From the NCBI GenBank assembly GCA_963813485.1, contig CAWEZE010000011.1:96178-160177 (forward strand): DNA of 64,000 nucleotides. The letters run 5' to 3'. The DNA comes from an uncultured bacterium (GTDB lineage Bacteria; Actinomycetota; Acidimicrobiia; Acidimicrobiales; VFJN01). Below are positions 10,319-20,478 of the stretch, in pieces; within the stretch, counting starts at the first letter, position 1; each line of letters opens with the position of its first letter. The position numbers and the translations under genes are program-made. Below the pieces are notes generated by a model, which saw nothing but the letters and a program-made list of their open reading frames with translations, made no database searches and was not told where the DNA came from.

Positions 10319-10612
10319 GTGACTCCGTCCGGGCGGCTGGTCATCCTGAACGGTGCGTCGAGTTCCGGTAAGACCACGCTCGCTGAACGGCCTTCCGAGA
10401 GCAGCAAGCCGCCCTCGGTGAGTTCTGGCTGCTGATGCGGGATCGACGATATCCTCTCGAAGCCTGCCGCCGGAGTGGCTCGACCTGGGACTTGCCGCCG
10501 GACCGGCGCTCGGCGATCGAGGGCTCAGGTTCACCACCACCCCGACGGAGTCGGGCGCTGAAGCGCTTATTTGGCGGACCTCCGATTTCGCTATTGGCGG
10601 CTTCGATTGAAC
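10319..10612 (+). pseudogene. Chloramphenicol-phosphotransferase-like P-loop kinase, N-terminal remnant with several frameshifts
   Basis: GTG at 10319, then GRLVILNGASSSGKTTLAER (Walker A as in the CPT/AAA_33 family). The text continues in other frames: AFREQQAALGEFWLLM / IDDILSK / PPEWLDLGLAAGPALGDRGLRFTTTP. There is a premature stop in every frame. Confidence 0.5.
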
Positions 10613-11113
10613 ACCGGTGTGGCAGTGCGGCAAGCCGGCGGACAGGCTGCGTCGTTAAGAGCCTGTGGTCCTCGCGACGAACCAGCCAGCCCCGGATGAC
10701 TTCGGGCGGGGGTAGGGGCTTCAGCTCAACGTGGATGCCCGTCCGGGGTCTGGGTGACGGTACCAGGCCCTGCAGGCCGGTGACGTCGACCGGATGGTCT
10801 AGGTGCCAACACCTGCAACGACTGACTCCTGGCTGCATGCACGGGCTAGTGAACGGTGACAGGCCGGGCGGGTCCTCGGGGGGCAGGTAAGCAACCCAGC
10901 CTTCGGAGTCGAGGGTGACGGTGTTGATCCACTCGAGCCGATGATTCGCGAAGGCGAGCTCCGAGCGAAGCATCACGGGCCGGACATGCGCGGCCACCGT
11001 GCGTCCCACAGAAGCGCTGCAACTGAGGGACGCACGGTGGCCGAGAACGAGCCTGTCCTATCCGGGCTCAGGGGGTCCTTGCCGCCGCTCGCTTTCGAGG
11101 GCCTCGTCGGGCC

Positions 11114-11578
11114 TCACGCGGTGGCCGGCATGACGCGGATGGTTCCCTCGAACCTCAGCGTTGCCGCGTTGACCAGTTGTCCTGTCTCGTGGACCTGGGC
11201 GCCTTCGAGGAAGCCGTCGACCACCGTCCCGTTCATGATCGCCGTCCCCGTCTGGTTGTTGAGAGTCCCGCGGAGATGGGCGGTGAACGACTCTGCTCCG
11301 GCGTGGACGATCCAGTCGAACTCGACGTGCCAGATTCGCCCCGAGCAGGGGTTCGGCCCGGTACAGCCGGTGAGGACCGTCGTCAGATCCCCATCGACAT
11401 CTCCGGAGACGCTTCCCTCCCACACGCCGACCGCGACGGCCTCCTTCTCGAACGTCAGGCGAAGCGGCGCGGTTGCGCTCGCCGGAGACGCAAGAGCAGG
11501 GCCGAAAGACAGGAGACCCGCCGCCATGAGCCCGATGAGGACCGATACCCATAGTCGCTTCGAACTGCGCACGGACAT
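11114..11578 (-). CDS. Secreted hypothetical protein with a signal peptide
   Basis: From the ATG at 11578: MSVRSSKRLWVSVLIGLMAAGLLSFGPALASPASA, then a beta-rich 120-aa body. Local GC is lower than the window average. Confidence 0.55.
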   Translation of the reverse strand: MSVRSSKRLWVSVLIGLMAAGLLSFGPALASPASATAPLRLTFEKEAVAVGVWEGSVSGDVDGDLTTVLTGCTGPNPCSGRIWHVEFDWIVHAGAESFTAHLRGTLNNQTGTAIMNGTVVDGFLEGAQVHETGQLVNAATLRFEGTIRVMPATA

Positions 11579-11928
11579 GACACCCTCCATTCGTCGTTGC
11601 CGCGTCTCACCCCAAGGGGCGAGACCGGCGGTTCGTGTCGCGACGGTGCACACAACCGGGCTCGGGTGACATCCGTACTGGCACGGAGATCAGTACGGAT
11701 TGCGGTTGCTGACGTACGATCAGCCACGTCCATCGCCGAGCGGGGCCCGCATCATCTGTTGCTACCCGAATGGCCACGTCCCGCAGGATGGCCGGCAGGC
11801 GGCTCAGGTCAGGGTCACGAAACTGGACCGGTCGCAGACTTCCCGGGCCGTCGGTGTCCTTCATCCGCCATTCCACCGGGATGGGCCGCCGGCTGGGGCG
11901 GTGTTACGCACCGAGAGACGTTGTCGAA

Positions 11929-14900
11929 CTAGGTAGCGGCTTTCGGCGCGTCGGTCTCTGTTCGGCGCGCGGCGACGATTGCCTCTTTGACCAGGACATC
12001 TGCTGCGAGCCGCTCCCCTGCTGTCCAATTGGCCGAAAAGTCAACCGGGCTCAGCGAATCACGAAGCGTGTCCAGGTGCTGGTCGCGCCATGTGTTCCAT
12101 TGCGGCATGCTGCTAGCGCCGACGTCCGCGGCGATGGCGTCGGCGCCGGCGAACAGCCGCACCGCAGTCGTAAAGCCTCCGGCGCGAGTCAAGACGATAG
12201 CGATACCTTGGACAGCGTAAAAGACTCCACGCCGGTCTCCAGTCTCGGCCCAAAGCTCCAGTGCCTCTCTGTAGCACCGGGCTGCGCCCCTTCCGTTTTC
12301 CGCAAGGTCGTCGATCCAACCAAGGCCCCACCAGGCCGAACCGGTGCACCATCGATCGCCGATACCGATGACCTCGGTGAAGTTCTCTCGAGCCTGGTTG
12401 GGATCGGAACCGATCGACGTGTAGCCCAACGCACTTAGGGCCATACTCAGTGTTCGTTGGTCGTTCAATTGGCGCGCCAGCGCTACCGATTCAGTCGAAA
12501 TCGTTGCGGCTCGGCCCCTCTCACCCACGACGGCCAGATAGGATCCGTAGGCTGCAAGATCGTGCGCATACCTCCGTAACTGCCCGGTCTGCTTGAGCTC
12601 CTCTAGGCCTCGCTCACACAGCGCGATTCCCCCCGAAATGTCCCCGCCATCCAGCAGCTGCGACAGGCCCCGGATGATGTGAACCCGAGGGACCAGCGGA
12701 TCGTCGTCTGAGATCGAACAGCGCTCGCTCTCCGCGCACCAGGAGATCGACCTCTGAGTGCCGACCCTGGGACCATGCACTCCATGCTGCGTTCGCAAGC
12801 GCCTCGGAACGACCCGGCGCTCCGGATGCATCGCGTTGCAGTACCGCCTCGAGGGCACTCAGAATACCTCCGCCCCACCCCCATAGACACCATACGTCGA
12901 CCAATGCACCGGTCAGCCTGAATACTGACGATACGTCATTGGTGTCGACCGCGTGGTCGAGCGCGAGGCGTATGTTTGGTGCCTCGGCCGCCAGCTGCTC
13001 ACTCCGGGTGTCGACGTCGGCGACCACTGCTGGACCGGCAAGGTCGTCGGCCAGTCTCGTATAGAACTTGAGATGGCGACGCCTCGCGTCATCCGAGCAT
13101 TCCGCGTTCTCCCGCCGCCTTTTCGAGGGCATAGGCACGAACGGTTTCCAATAAGCGTAGCCGTGTCATTCCGTGCTTCGCTTCGGCGACGACCATTGAC
13201 TTGGCCACGAGAGCGGAAAGCACGTCCAGGCCATATCGTTCCTGTGGTGCTCCTGCAGTCAGAGCTTCCACAGCCGCAAGTGAGAAGCCAGGCGCAAATA
13301 GTGCCAGCTCGGCGAGAAGCGTTTGTTCATCGCTTTCGAGGAGATCGTAGCTCCAGTCGAGCGTCGCTCGCAGCGTGCGGTGATGATCTATGTGGTCCTG
13401 ACGACGACCGAGAACCTGAAATAGTTGATCCAAGCGGGATACGATCTCCACTGGAGTCATGGTCGGAACCCGAGCGGCCGCCAGCTCTATCGCGAGTGGT
13501 AGACCGTCTAGTGATCGGCACAGCTGAGCTATAGCCACCGAATTGCTGTCGTCGAGAGAGAAATCCGGCTTGTAACTTCTAGCCCGCTCGACGAAGAGCT
13601 TCACGGCATCGGCTGCGGCAATCGCCTCCGGGGTGTCTTCGCTCGGCGTTCTCAGTGCGGGTACTGAGAACAGCACCTCGCCAACGATTCCGAGGGGTTG
13701 CCGGCTGGTGGCGAGAATTCGGATGCTCGGAGCTACCTGGATAACTCTTTCGCATATTGCGGCCGCTTGTGCTTGGACATGCTCGCAGTTGTCAAGGACC
13801 AGTAGGCCGGTCCGGGGCGTCAAATGGCGAACGATCCGCTCCGATGCGTCAACTTCGGTGCTAGCCCGAACGCCGAGAGTCCCCAAGAGGACCTCCGCGA
13901 TGTTCCCGCCAGGGCTGACGCCTGCAAATTCGGCGTACCACGAATCGCGCAGGTCTGTCTCCATCGCCTTGGCGGCCAAGTGGGTCGCAAGACGGGTCTT
14001 GCCGGTTCCGCCTGCACCGACCAGCGTCACCAAGCTGTGCGCAGCAAGCAGCGACGAGATCGTGGACAACTCGCTCTCTCGACCAACGAGTGGGGTCACT
14101 GCGGTGGGGAATCGCTCGTGTTCGAATGCCGCAGGTGCTACCGGCTCGCCCGAGGGACCGAAGCTCCCAGGGGACCCTGCGGCGCGAACCAGTTCGTGGC
14201 GGTTCGCCACCTGGAACTTGCGGAGCAGCGACGATATGTGGCTCTCCACCGTGCGTTCCGACACGTACAGGCGGGACGCGATCTCGGCATTCGTCAGGTG
14301 CTCGCAGAGCGCGTCGAGCACCTCGGCCTCCTTTCGAGTCACCCCTCGCTCGGCCCACAGCCGCTCCCCGGGGGCGCGGCGATGGACCGGTCCCGCTCGC
14401 GGTTCAGGCAATCCCGGGCCTGTCAGGACGTAGGTGGGCTCGGGTCGGTCCAGGTCTCTCAGCCGGACCTCTCCGAGCTCCAGGAGGCGCACCCCCGCCG
14501 GCAGGCGATCGACTACCAGCCGGGCGGTGGACCCACTCACGAGCACATCACCCCCCTGAGCCGCTGCCCGGAGCCGAGCAGCCCGGTTCACCGCCGGGCC
14601 CAGGAAGTCGCCGCCACGCTCGACCGCCTCTCCGGTGTGCACCGCAAACCGCACCGCAAGGCGGGCGCCAGTTGGCCACTGCGCCGCGGCCAGCCCCACC
14701 TGGGCCGCGTACGCCGCTGCCAGCGCATCCGTGGCCAACGTGAACACGGAAAACGTCGAGTCGCCCTCGCCTCGGGCTTTCAACACGACGCCCTTGTGAG
14801 CCGCCACCGCCGCGGTGACGATCTCATCGTGGCGGGCTAGAGCCGTCTCCATCCGCGCGGGTGCGCTCTCCCACAATCGGGTCGAACCGACGATGTCGGA

Positions 14901-15002
14901 CAACACGAATGTGACCACCCCTGAGGGCAGCCGCTGCTCCGCCACGGCACGATCATCGCGCGAGATCCGCGCGGAGCCCGCCTCGAATGTGCCGGTGCCC
15001 AT
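11929..15002 (-). pseudogene. Class III adenylate/guanylate cyclase - LuxR HTH - NB-ARC/AAA (STAND) ATPase - TPR protein, split by two frameshifts
   Basis: Three track ORFs (13089-15002, 12614-13138, 11929-12858) read on from one another. The domains in order are: cyclase (VTFVLSDIVGSTRLWE..ARGEGDSTF..GPAVNRAARL), LuxR HTH (LTNAEIASRLYVSERTVESHISSLLRKF), P-loop (LVGAGGTGKTRLA), Walker B (LLVLDNCEH), GLPLAIEL, then TPR-like repeats. Frame changes at about 13095-13120 and 12730-12745. Confidence 0.8.
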
Positions 15003-15109
15003 TGCGACCCGAAGGTGCGGCTGGCCACAGATGGCGTCGGTCGTTCAAGGGGCTGGCGCAGGCCCCAACCCCGGTATGCGGCCATCGAGGGCCGGGTACA
15101 CGCACGGGC

Positions 15110-15358
15110 ATGGTAACAATCCTGTGGATCATCGCCGTCGTCCTCGTGATCGCCGGCATCGTCCAACTCGTCCAAGGCCAACTGGGGCTGGGCATCGTCC
15201 TGATCGTCGTCGGGCTTCTGATCGGGCCCGGTGGTGTTTCGATCTTCGCCACCAGCTCTCTTATGGGGGTCTCGGGGGGCTTCGTCACCTGGAGGTCCAG
15301 ATCTCGTCGGTGGCCAACAGTGCTTCCTCCGCGGTCGCGAACCTGCCCACCGTCGTGA
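15110..15358 (+). CDS. GPGG-motif small membrane protein
   Basis: ATG at 15110, then MVTILWIIAVVLVIAGIVQLVQGQLGLGIVLIVVGLLIGPGGVSIF (two TM helices plus GPGG). The 35-aa Arg-rich tail overlapping the convergent gene looks unnatural, so the true stop may be earlier or lost. Confidence 0.55.
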   Translation: MVTILWIIAVVLVIAGIVQLVQGQLGLGIVLIVVGLLIGPGGVSIFATSSLMGVSGGFVTWRSRSRRWPTVLPPRSRTCPPS

Positions 15359-15566
15359 TCGGCGACAGGCCAGGAGGCTCATCCAACCGCACGTAGGCAA
15401 GCCACAGGCCTGACGACTCGAGCATGACCGTCCCGCGGGGCTGGCTCCCCCAGGAGCCGGACCACTGGTTGCGGGCAGTCTCTCGCCACACCAGCCCCGG
15501 GCCCTCGGGCTCGGGGCTGGGTGCGCTGTGGGCGAACTCGAAGTCGTCTCGCCAGTTGCCGCCCAT
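15285..15566 (-). CDS. Hypothetical protein (93 aa)
   Basis: ATG at 15566. High third-position GC and acidic/aromatic-rich text: MGGNWRDDFEFAHS...WLAYVRLDEPPGLSPITTVGRFATAEEALLATDEIW. Confidence 0.45.
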   Translation of the reverse strand: MGGNWRDDFEFAHSAPSPEPEGPGLVWRETARNQWSGSWGSQPRGTVMLESSGLWLAYVRLDEPPGLSPITTVGRFATAEEALLATDEIWTSR

Positions 15567-15604
15567 GGTACGAACATACGTTTGGACCATGGGCGAGGGC
15601 AACC

Positions 15605-16285
15605 TCACGCCGAGTTGCCAGGGCTTCCTTCCGAATCGCTGGCCGTCCGACCGGGCTCGACGCCTACCTCGGGCGCCAGCGATTCGTGGGGTCCGGGGAC
15701 CTCGACCACCGGATCGTCGTGGTCGTCCCACTCGGTGCGCAGGGCGCGGCTCATCGTGGCGTGCATCTCGTAGAGGCACGTGATGTACGTCAGCTCGAGG
15801 ATCTGCTCATCCTCCAGGTGGGCCCGCAGCGTGGCGAAGACCCCATCCGGCACCCGGCCGCCGTCGAGCACGAGCGCATCGGTGTACGCCAGCACCGCCC
15901 GCTCCACCGGTGACCAGCAGTCGGCCACCGACCACGCGGGGATCGCGGCGATCTTCTCCTCGGCCATTCCCAGCGCCCGGCACGACTTGCAGTGCTGCGA
16001 GAACACGAACTGGCTGCCGCGCGCCCAGCCGGCGCGGATCTGTCCCAGCTCCCGCAGCTCGGCGGGCAATCGCCGTTGCGGTGACCGGTACAGCGCGAAT
16101 CCGCCGACGCAGTGCTCGAGCACATCGGGGACGAGGGCGAACGTGGTCCACCAGTCGCCGGGTGTGCCGGTGGCGGTGCCGGGATCGGCCACCGGGTCGC
16201 GGCCAGCGCCGAACATGAAGTCGTACATGGCCGTGACGATCGGTGCCGCCGCCTCGTCACGGGGAACCTGGCGCAATCGGGGCAT
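15605..16285 (-). CDS. Carboxymuconolactone decarboxylase (AhpD-like) family protein
   Basis: 226-aa ORF. CMD-family layout with FSQHCKSCRALG and a second CMD repeat. Confidence 0.7.
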   Translation of the reverse strand: MPRLRQVPRDEAAAPIVTAMYDFMFGAGRDPVADPGTATGTPGDWWTTFALVPDVLEHCVGGFALYRSPQRRLPAELRELGQIRAGWARGSQFVFSQHCKSCRALGMAEEKIAAIPAWSVADCWSPVERAVLAYTDALVLDGGRVPDGVFATLRAHLEDEQILELTYITCLYEMHATMSRALRTEWDDHDDPVVEVPGPHESLAPEVGVEPGRTASDSEGSPGNSA

Positions 16286-16332
16286 GGCCTCAAGGTAGAG
16301 GGCCGAGTCGGTCGTAGACCGACGCCGTCAGC

Positions 16333-16528
16333 GGTGGCGGGTGGGGGTGGGCTGGCGGTGCTCGGCCTGGTGCTCGATCGCCAGGGCGTGGTCGCACGGA
16401 TACGGCGTCAGCAACGGCGCCACCGCGTCGCCCAGCTGGCCCGGCGGTGGCTCGTCGGCGAGCTCGAGCGTGCGCAGGCGCTCGGCGGCGGCGAACCCAC
16501 AGCTCCAGCCCGACCCCCACCCGCCACC
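16333..16528. repeat. Inverted 23/24-nt G/C-rich repeat pair flanking a 149-bp spacer
   Basis: 16333-16355 is GGTGGCGGGTGGGGGTGGGCTGG. Its reverse complement matches 16505-16528, CCAGCCCGACCCCCACCCGCCACC, with one indel. The right-hand arm and about 30 nt beyond it recur at 25067-25123 inside xseA. Confidence 0.7.
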
Positions 16529-16565
16529 CCATAATGGCGTTGGTTTTCGACCGACTCGGGAGCCC

Positions 16566-16602
16566 GGCGGTACCGGCAACCCGCCTCACCAAAACCGGAG
16601 GT
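16566..16602 (+). promoter_or_regulatory. preQ1-I riboswitch (translational; SD in P2)
   Basis: GGCGG-UACCGGCAAC-CCGCC-UCACCAAAACCGGAGG. This has a 5-bp P1, a loop ending AAC, an A-rich tail, and a tail CCGG complementary to the loop CCGG. It aligns almost position-for-position with the classic 34-nt preQ1-I aptamer CUGGG-UCGCAGUAAC-CCCAG-UUAACAAAACAAGG. The GGAGG SD lies 6 nt before the yhhQ ATG. Confidence 0.7.
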
Positions 16603-16607
16603 CCCTC

Positions 16608-17333
16608 ATGCAGCCCGCTCCATCCATCGCGCCGGAGCAGACGATTCCCACCGACGGGGCCCGGCCCACGGCCGTAGCCACCGTTTCGCGCGTGGCCATC
16701 GCTGCCGTCGGTGCCTACGTCGGTGCCCAGGTGATCGCAGACATCACCAGCGTGAAGATCGGGTCGACGTTCGGTCGGGCCGTCGACATGGGCACTTTCG
16801 TCTATCCGATCACGTTCACCCTGCGCGACGTGGTCCACAAGGCCCTGGGAAGGCGGGCCGCCCGCACGCTGATCGTCACCGCCGCCGTGGTCAACCTGTT
16901 CATGGCGGTCTACCTGCAGTGGGTGGCGCGGGTGCCGAGCCACGAGAGCTACCCCCTGGGCGACGAGTTCCGCGCGGTGCTCGGCCCGCTGTGGCGCATC
17001 GTGGTGGCATCGATCATCGCCGAGGTGATCAGCGAGCTGCTCGACACCGAGGTGTACCACTGGTTCGTGCGGCGCGTGACCACTCGCTTCCAGTGGGCAC
17101 GGGTCGCCGTCAGCAATGCCGTGAGCATCCCCGTGGACAATGCGATCTTCGCCATCGGGGCATTCGGCTCGCTGCCGCTGTTGACCGACCACGCCCTGAC
17201 GCTGCCGTGGGCTGCGGTCTGGGACATCTTCGTCGTCAACCTGATGGTCAAGGGGTTGGTGTCGGCCGCGAGCCTGCCGCTGATCTACGTGTCGCCGGAC
17301 CGAGACTGGCGCAACGACCCCGACAATGCTTGA
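16608..17333 (+). CDS. yhhQ: Queuosine precursor transporter (YhhQ/DUF165, VUT family)
   Basis: From the ATG at 16608, a 241-aa polytopic membrane protein with YPITFTLRDVVHK...NAVSIPVDNAIF motifs typical of YhhQ. The upstream riboswitch supports this start; the track ORF starts too early (16341). Confidence 0.8.
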   Translation: MQPAPSIAPEQTIPTDGARPTAVATVSRVAIAAVGAYVGAQVIADITSVKIGSTFGRAVDMGTFVYPITFTLRDVVHKALGRRAARTLIVTAAVVNLFMAVYLQWVARVPSHESYPLGDEFRAVLGPLWRIVVASIIAEVISELLDTEVYHWFVRRVTTRFQWARVAVSNAVSIPVDNAIFAIGAFGSLPLLTDHALTLPWAAVWDIFVVNLMVKGLVSAASLPLIYVSPDRDWRNDPDNA

Positions 17334-17476
17334 GAGGCCCGGCGGATAGGCGGCTCCGAAGGGCACCCCGGCGTTGGAATTTGTCGCTGGGCCGCAGCTC
17401 AGCAGCTTGGCCTCCAGGCAACGCTGACCACCGCGAGCCCAGAGAACGTGCCCTATTTCGCCCACGCTCTGAGGCG
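17334..17476. mobile_element. MITE-like element, copy 5 (degenerate ends)
   Basis: It fills the whole gap between the yhhQ stop and the tetR stop. The interior aligns with copy 4 (..ggaatttg..cagctca.cagcttgg..cgctgaccaccg.ga..cagag.acgtgcc). The ends are decayed (GGCGGATAGG / CCTATTTCGCC). Confidence 0.6.
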
Positions 17477-17478
17477 GG

Positions 17479-18129
17479 CTACTCGTCGCGAACGACCCCG
17501 GCCAGGCAGATGCTGGCGTATTCGGCGACGAACGCCTCGCGGTCGGCCGGCCAGGGGAACTGGGGCTTTGCGATCAGCAGCGACGTCAAGCCGTGCACCC
17601 GCGCCCAGAACCCGATTGCCAGGCGGTAGGCATCGGTGAACCCGGGGCGGAAGCGCCCGGCGTCGATGCAATCCTGGGCGCAGCGCCGGACCTGGTCGAA
17701 CGCGGCGTTGTCGCGCAGCACCACGACCTGGTACTCCTCGGGGGTGTCGTCGGCCGGGGTCATGAACAGGATGCGGTAGGGCTCGGGGTTGTCGAGGCCG
17801 AAGCGCATGTACGCGAGACCCATCGCGCGGAGGCGTTCGACGGGGTCGTCGACACCCTCGCTCGCCCTCGCCAGGAACTCGTCGAGGGCTGCGAAGTGCC
17901 GGGCGCAGACCTCGAAGATGAGGTCGTTCTTGTCGGCGAAGTGCCGGTAGATCGACGGCGGGGTGACGCCGACGCGCTCGGCCACCGCACGGATCGAGAC
18001 CGCCTCGGCGGATCCCGTCTCGAGCAGCAGCCGCTCGGTGGCGGCCAGGATCTCGTCGCGCAGCGCCGCCCCCTCACCCTTGCGGGCGCGGGGACGGCGG
18101 GAAGCGGTCGGCGGGGAAGCGGCGGTCAT
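17479..18129 (-). CDS. TetR/AcrR family transcriptional regulator
   Basis: 216-aa ORF with an N-terminal HTH, EAVSIRAVAERVGVTPPSIYRHFADKNDL. It overlaps the upstream mmpL stop by 4 nt. Confidence 0.9.
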   Translation of the reverse strand: MTAASPPTASRRPRARKGEGAALRDEILAATERLLLETGSAEAVSIRAVAERVGVTPPSIYRHFADKNDLIFEVCARHFAALDEFLARASEGVDDPVERLRAMGLAYMRFGLDNPEPYRILFMTPADDTPEEYQVVVLRDNAAFDQVRRCAQDCIDAGRFRPGFTDAYRLAIGFWARVHGLTSLLIAKPQFPWPADREAFVAEYASICLAGVVRDE

Positions 18130-20456
18130 GGGCCGGACAGCGCGTGCGTGCTCACCTCTTCAGCATCGCGCTCGGGTGGGGTCGGGGCGTCGGCACCGTC
18201 CTCGTCGTCGAGGTCGACGTGCTCGCTGACGCCCCAGCGGTCGTGGAACCGGCGTAGGGGAGCGGGCGCCCACCAGTTCCAGTCGCCCGCCAGCCGCATG
18301 AACGCCGGCACCAGCGTGCCGCGGATCAGGAAGGCGTCGGTGAGGACCGCCAGGGTCAGGCCAACCCCGAACAGCTTGATGAAGCTGACCGGCTGGTGGC
18401 GAAGGCGATCATCACGACCGCGATGAGGACGGCGGCGGCGGTGACGATCCGGCCCGTGCGCTCCAGGCCCACGGCCACCGAGCGCACGCTGTCGGCGCCG
18501 TTGTCGTGCTCCTCCTTGATGCGGGAGAGCAGCATGACCTCGTAGTCCATCGACAAGCCGAAGGCGATGCAGAACATGAGGATGGGCACGGCGGCGTTGA
18601 GGCTGCCGGTGGCGGTGAAGTCCAACAGGCCGGACAGGTGGCCGTCCTGGAAGATCCACACCATGGCGCCGAAGGTGGCGGTGAGGCTCAGGACGTTGAG
18701 GACGATCGCCTTGGCGGGGATGACCACGCTGCCGAACATCATGAACAGCAGGACCGCGGTGATCGCGGCGACCAGCCCGAGCGCCCACGGCAGGCGGGCG
18801 AACAGCGACTGGTTGGTGTCGATGAGGCTGGCCGACTGGCCCGTGACCAGCACGTCCCAGGGGGCGTCGGCCTCGCGGATGGCGTGCACCAGGTCCTCGC
18901 CGGCCTCCGACACGGGCTCCACCGACGGGATCACCGACAGATAGGTGGCGCCGTCGGCGCTGAAGCCCGCGTAGCGGGGCGAGCTGTCCGGCGGCAGCAC
19001 GAGCTGGCCGGGCTGGCAGCCCAGCTGCTCGGCGAGGCCCACGCCGCAGTAGGTGCCGGTGGCCGCGTCGACGCGGGCGACGCTCGGCATCGTGGCCAGC
19101 TGCCTGGCGTAGGCGTCGATCTGGTTCCGCAGGCCGGGAACGGCGTTGGGTGCCTCGGGAGCCACGATCGGACAGCGCGCCGGCCTCCTCGGACGAGAAC
19201 TCCTCGCGCAGCACGTCGTGCACCTGGCGGACGTCGGCGGATTCGGGCAGCACCCGGTCGTCGGGTGACGACAGACGCAGGCTCAGGAACGGCGAGCCCA
19301 GCACCAGCAGGAACGCGACGACGGCGGTGGCGATGGGGATGGGCCGGCGCATCACCACGGTGGCGACGCGGTGCCAGAAGCCCTCTTCGGGCGGGGTCAC
19401 CGAGCGCCGCCACAGGGTGAGGGCGTTCACCCGGTGGCCGAGCAGGACGAGGATGGCCGGCAGCACGACGACCGAGAACAGCCCGGCCAGAAGCGCCACG
19501 GCGACCCCGGCGTAGGCGAAGCTCCGCAGGAAGGCGATCGGGAAAACCAGCGTGGCGCACAGCGAGGCCGCCACGGTCAGGGCGCTGAACGCCACGGTGC
19601 GGCCGGCCGTGCGGACCGTCCGGGTCACTGCCACCCGAGGCGCGTATCCCGCCCGCAGCTCCTCGCGGTAGCGGGACACCACGAACAGGCTGTAGTCGAT
19701 GGCGAGGCCCAGGCCGAGCGCCGTGGTGAGGTTGAGGGCGTAGATGGACACGTCGGTCAGTGCCGCCAGCACCCGCAGCACGAAGAAGGTCCCCACGATC
19801 GACATCACGCCGACGACCAACGGCAACGAGGCGGCCACCACGCTGCCGAAGACCAGGATCAGCAGCACCAGCGTGATCGGCAGGGCGATGGTTTCGGCCC
19901 GGACCAGGTCCTCCTCGATGGTGTCGCCCACCTCGTGGAACACCTCGGCAAAGCCGCCCAGCTCGACGTCGACGGCAGAGGAGGATCCGCTGCCGCTGCC
20001 GGTCCAGTGCTCGTAGCGCGGGGCCAACTCGGTGACCCGGTCCTCGACCTGGTCGTCATTGCCCTCGACCCGGGCGACCACCAGGGCCCGGCTGCCGTCG
20101 TCGTTGCGGAGCGGCGGCGCGTTCCCCTCCGACCAGTACGAGACCACGTCGGCGACACCGTCCTCGGCGGCCAGCTCGGCGGTGAGGGCCTGGCCCGCGG
20201 CCGCCACGGCGGGATCGTCGACGTCGCCGTCCCGAGCCGTGACCAGCAGCAACATGTTGGGCACGCCGGTGTCGAACTGCTCGGCCAGCGCGTCGTCGGC
20301 TCGCTCGGACTCGGAGGACGGGTCGTCGAATCCGCCGGATGTGAGGTGATCGGCAACGCCGCCGCCGAGGGCACCGGCGATAGCGAACATCATGACGGCG
20401 GCGATGACGACGGCCCGGGCGTGGTTCGTGGAGAGTCGGGCGAACCGGGTGAGCAT
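18126..20456 (-). pseudogene. MMPL family RND-type transporter, two frameshifts
   Basis: The N-terminal part is in the frame of 18126-20549 (from MLTRFARLSTNHARAVV at ATG 20456). The middle part is in the frame of 18356-19165 (APEAPNAVPGLRNQIDAY...GLSMDYEVMLLSRIKEE). The C-terminal part returns to the first frame (VSFIKLFGVGLTLAVLTDAFLIRGTLVPA). Shifts at about 19165-19172 and 18387-18392. Confidence 0.85.
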
Positions 20457-20478
20457 CGTACGGCCTCCCTCGGTCGAG

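Noticed and set aside
10341-11009. 222-aa minus-strand ORF overlapping the CPT-like remnant
   Set aside because: The first 100 or so codons (10690-10970: MLRSELAFANHRLEWINTVTLDSEGWVAYLPPEDPPG..) have reasonable codon bias and might be a gene fragment. The rest is antisense to the P-loop remnant. With no recognisable family, I left it unannotated.
11707-11721. CTGACG-TAC-GATCAG near the secreted-protein gene
   Set aside because: Two mismatches in the right half-site and an unrelated gene context.
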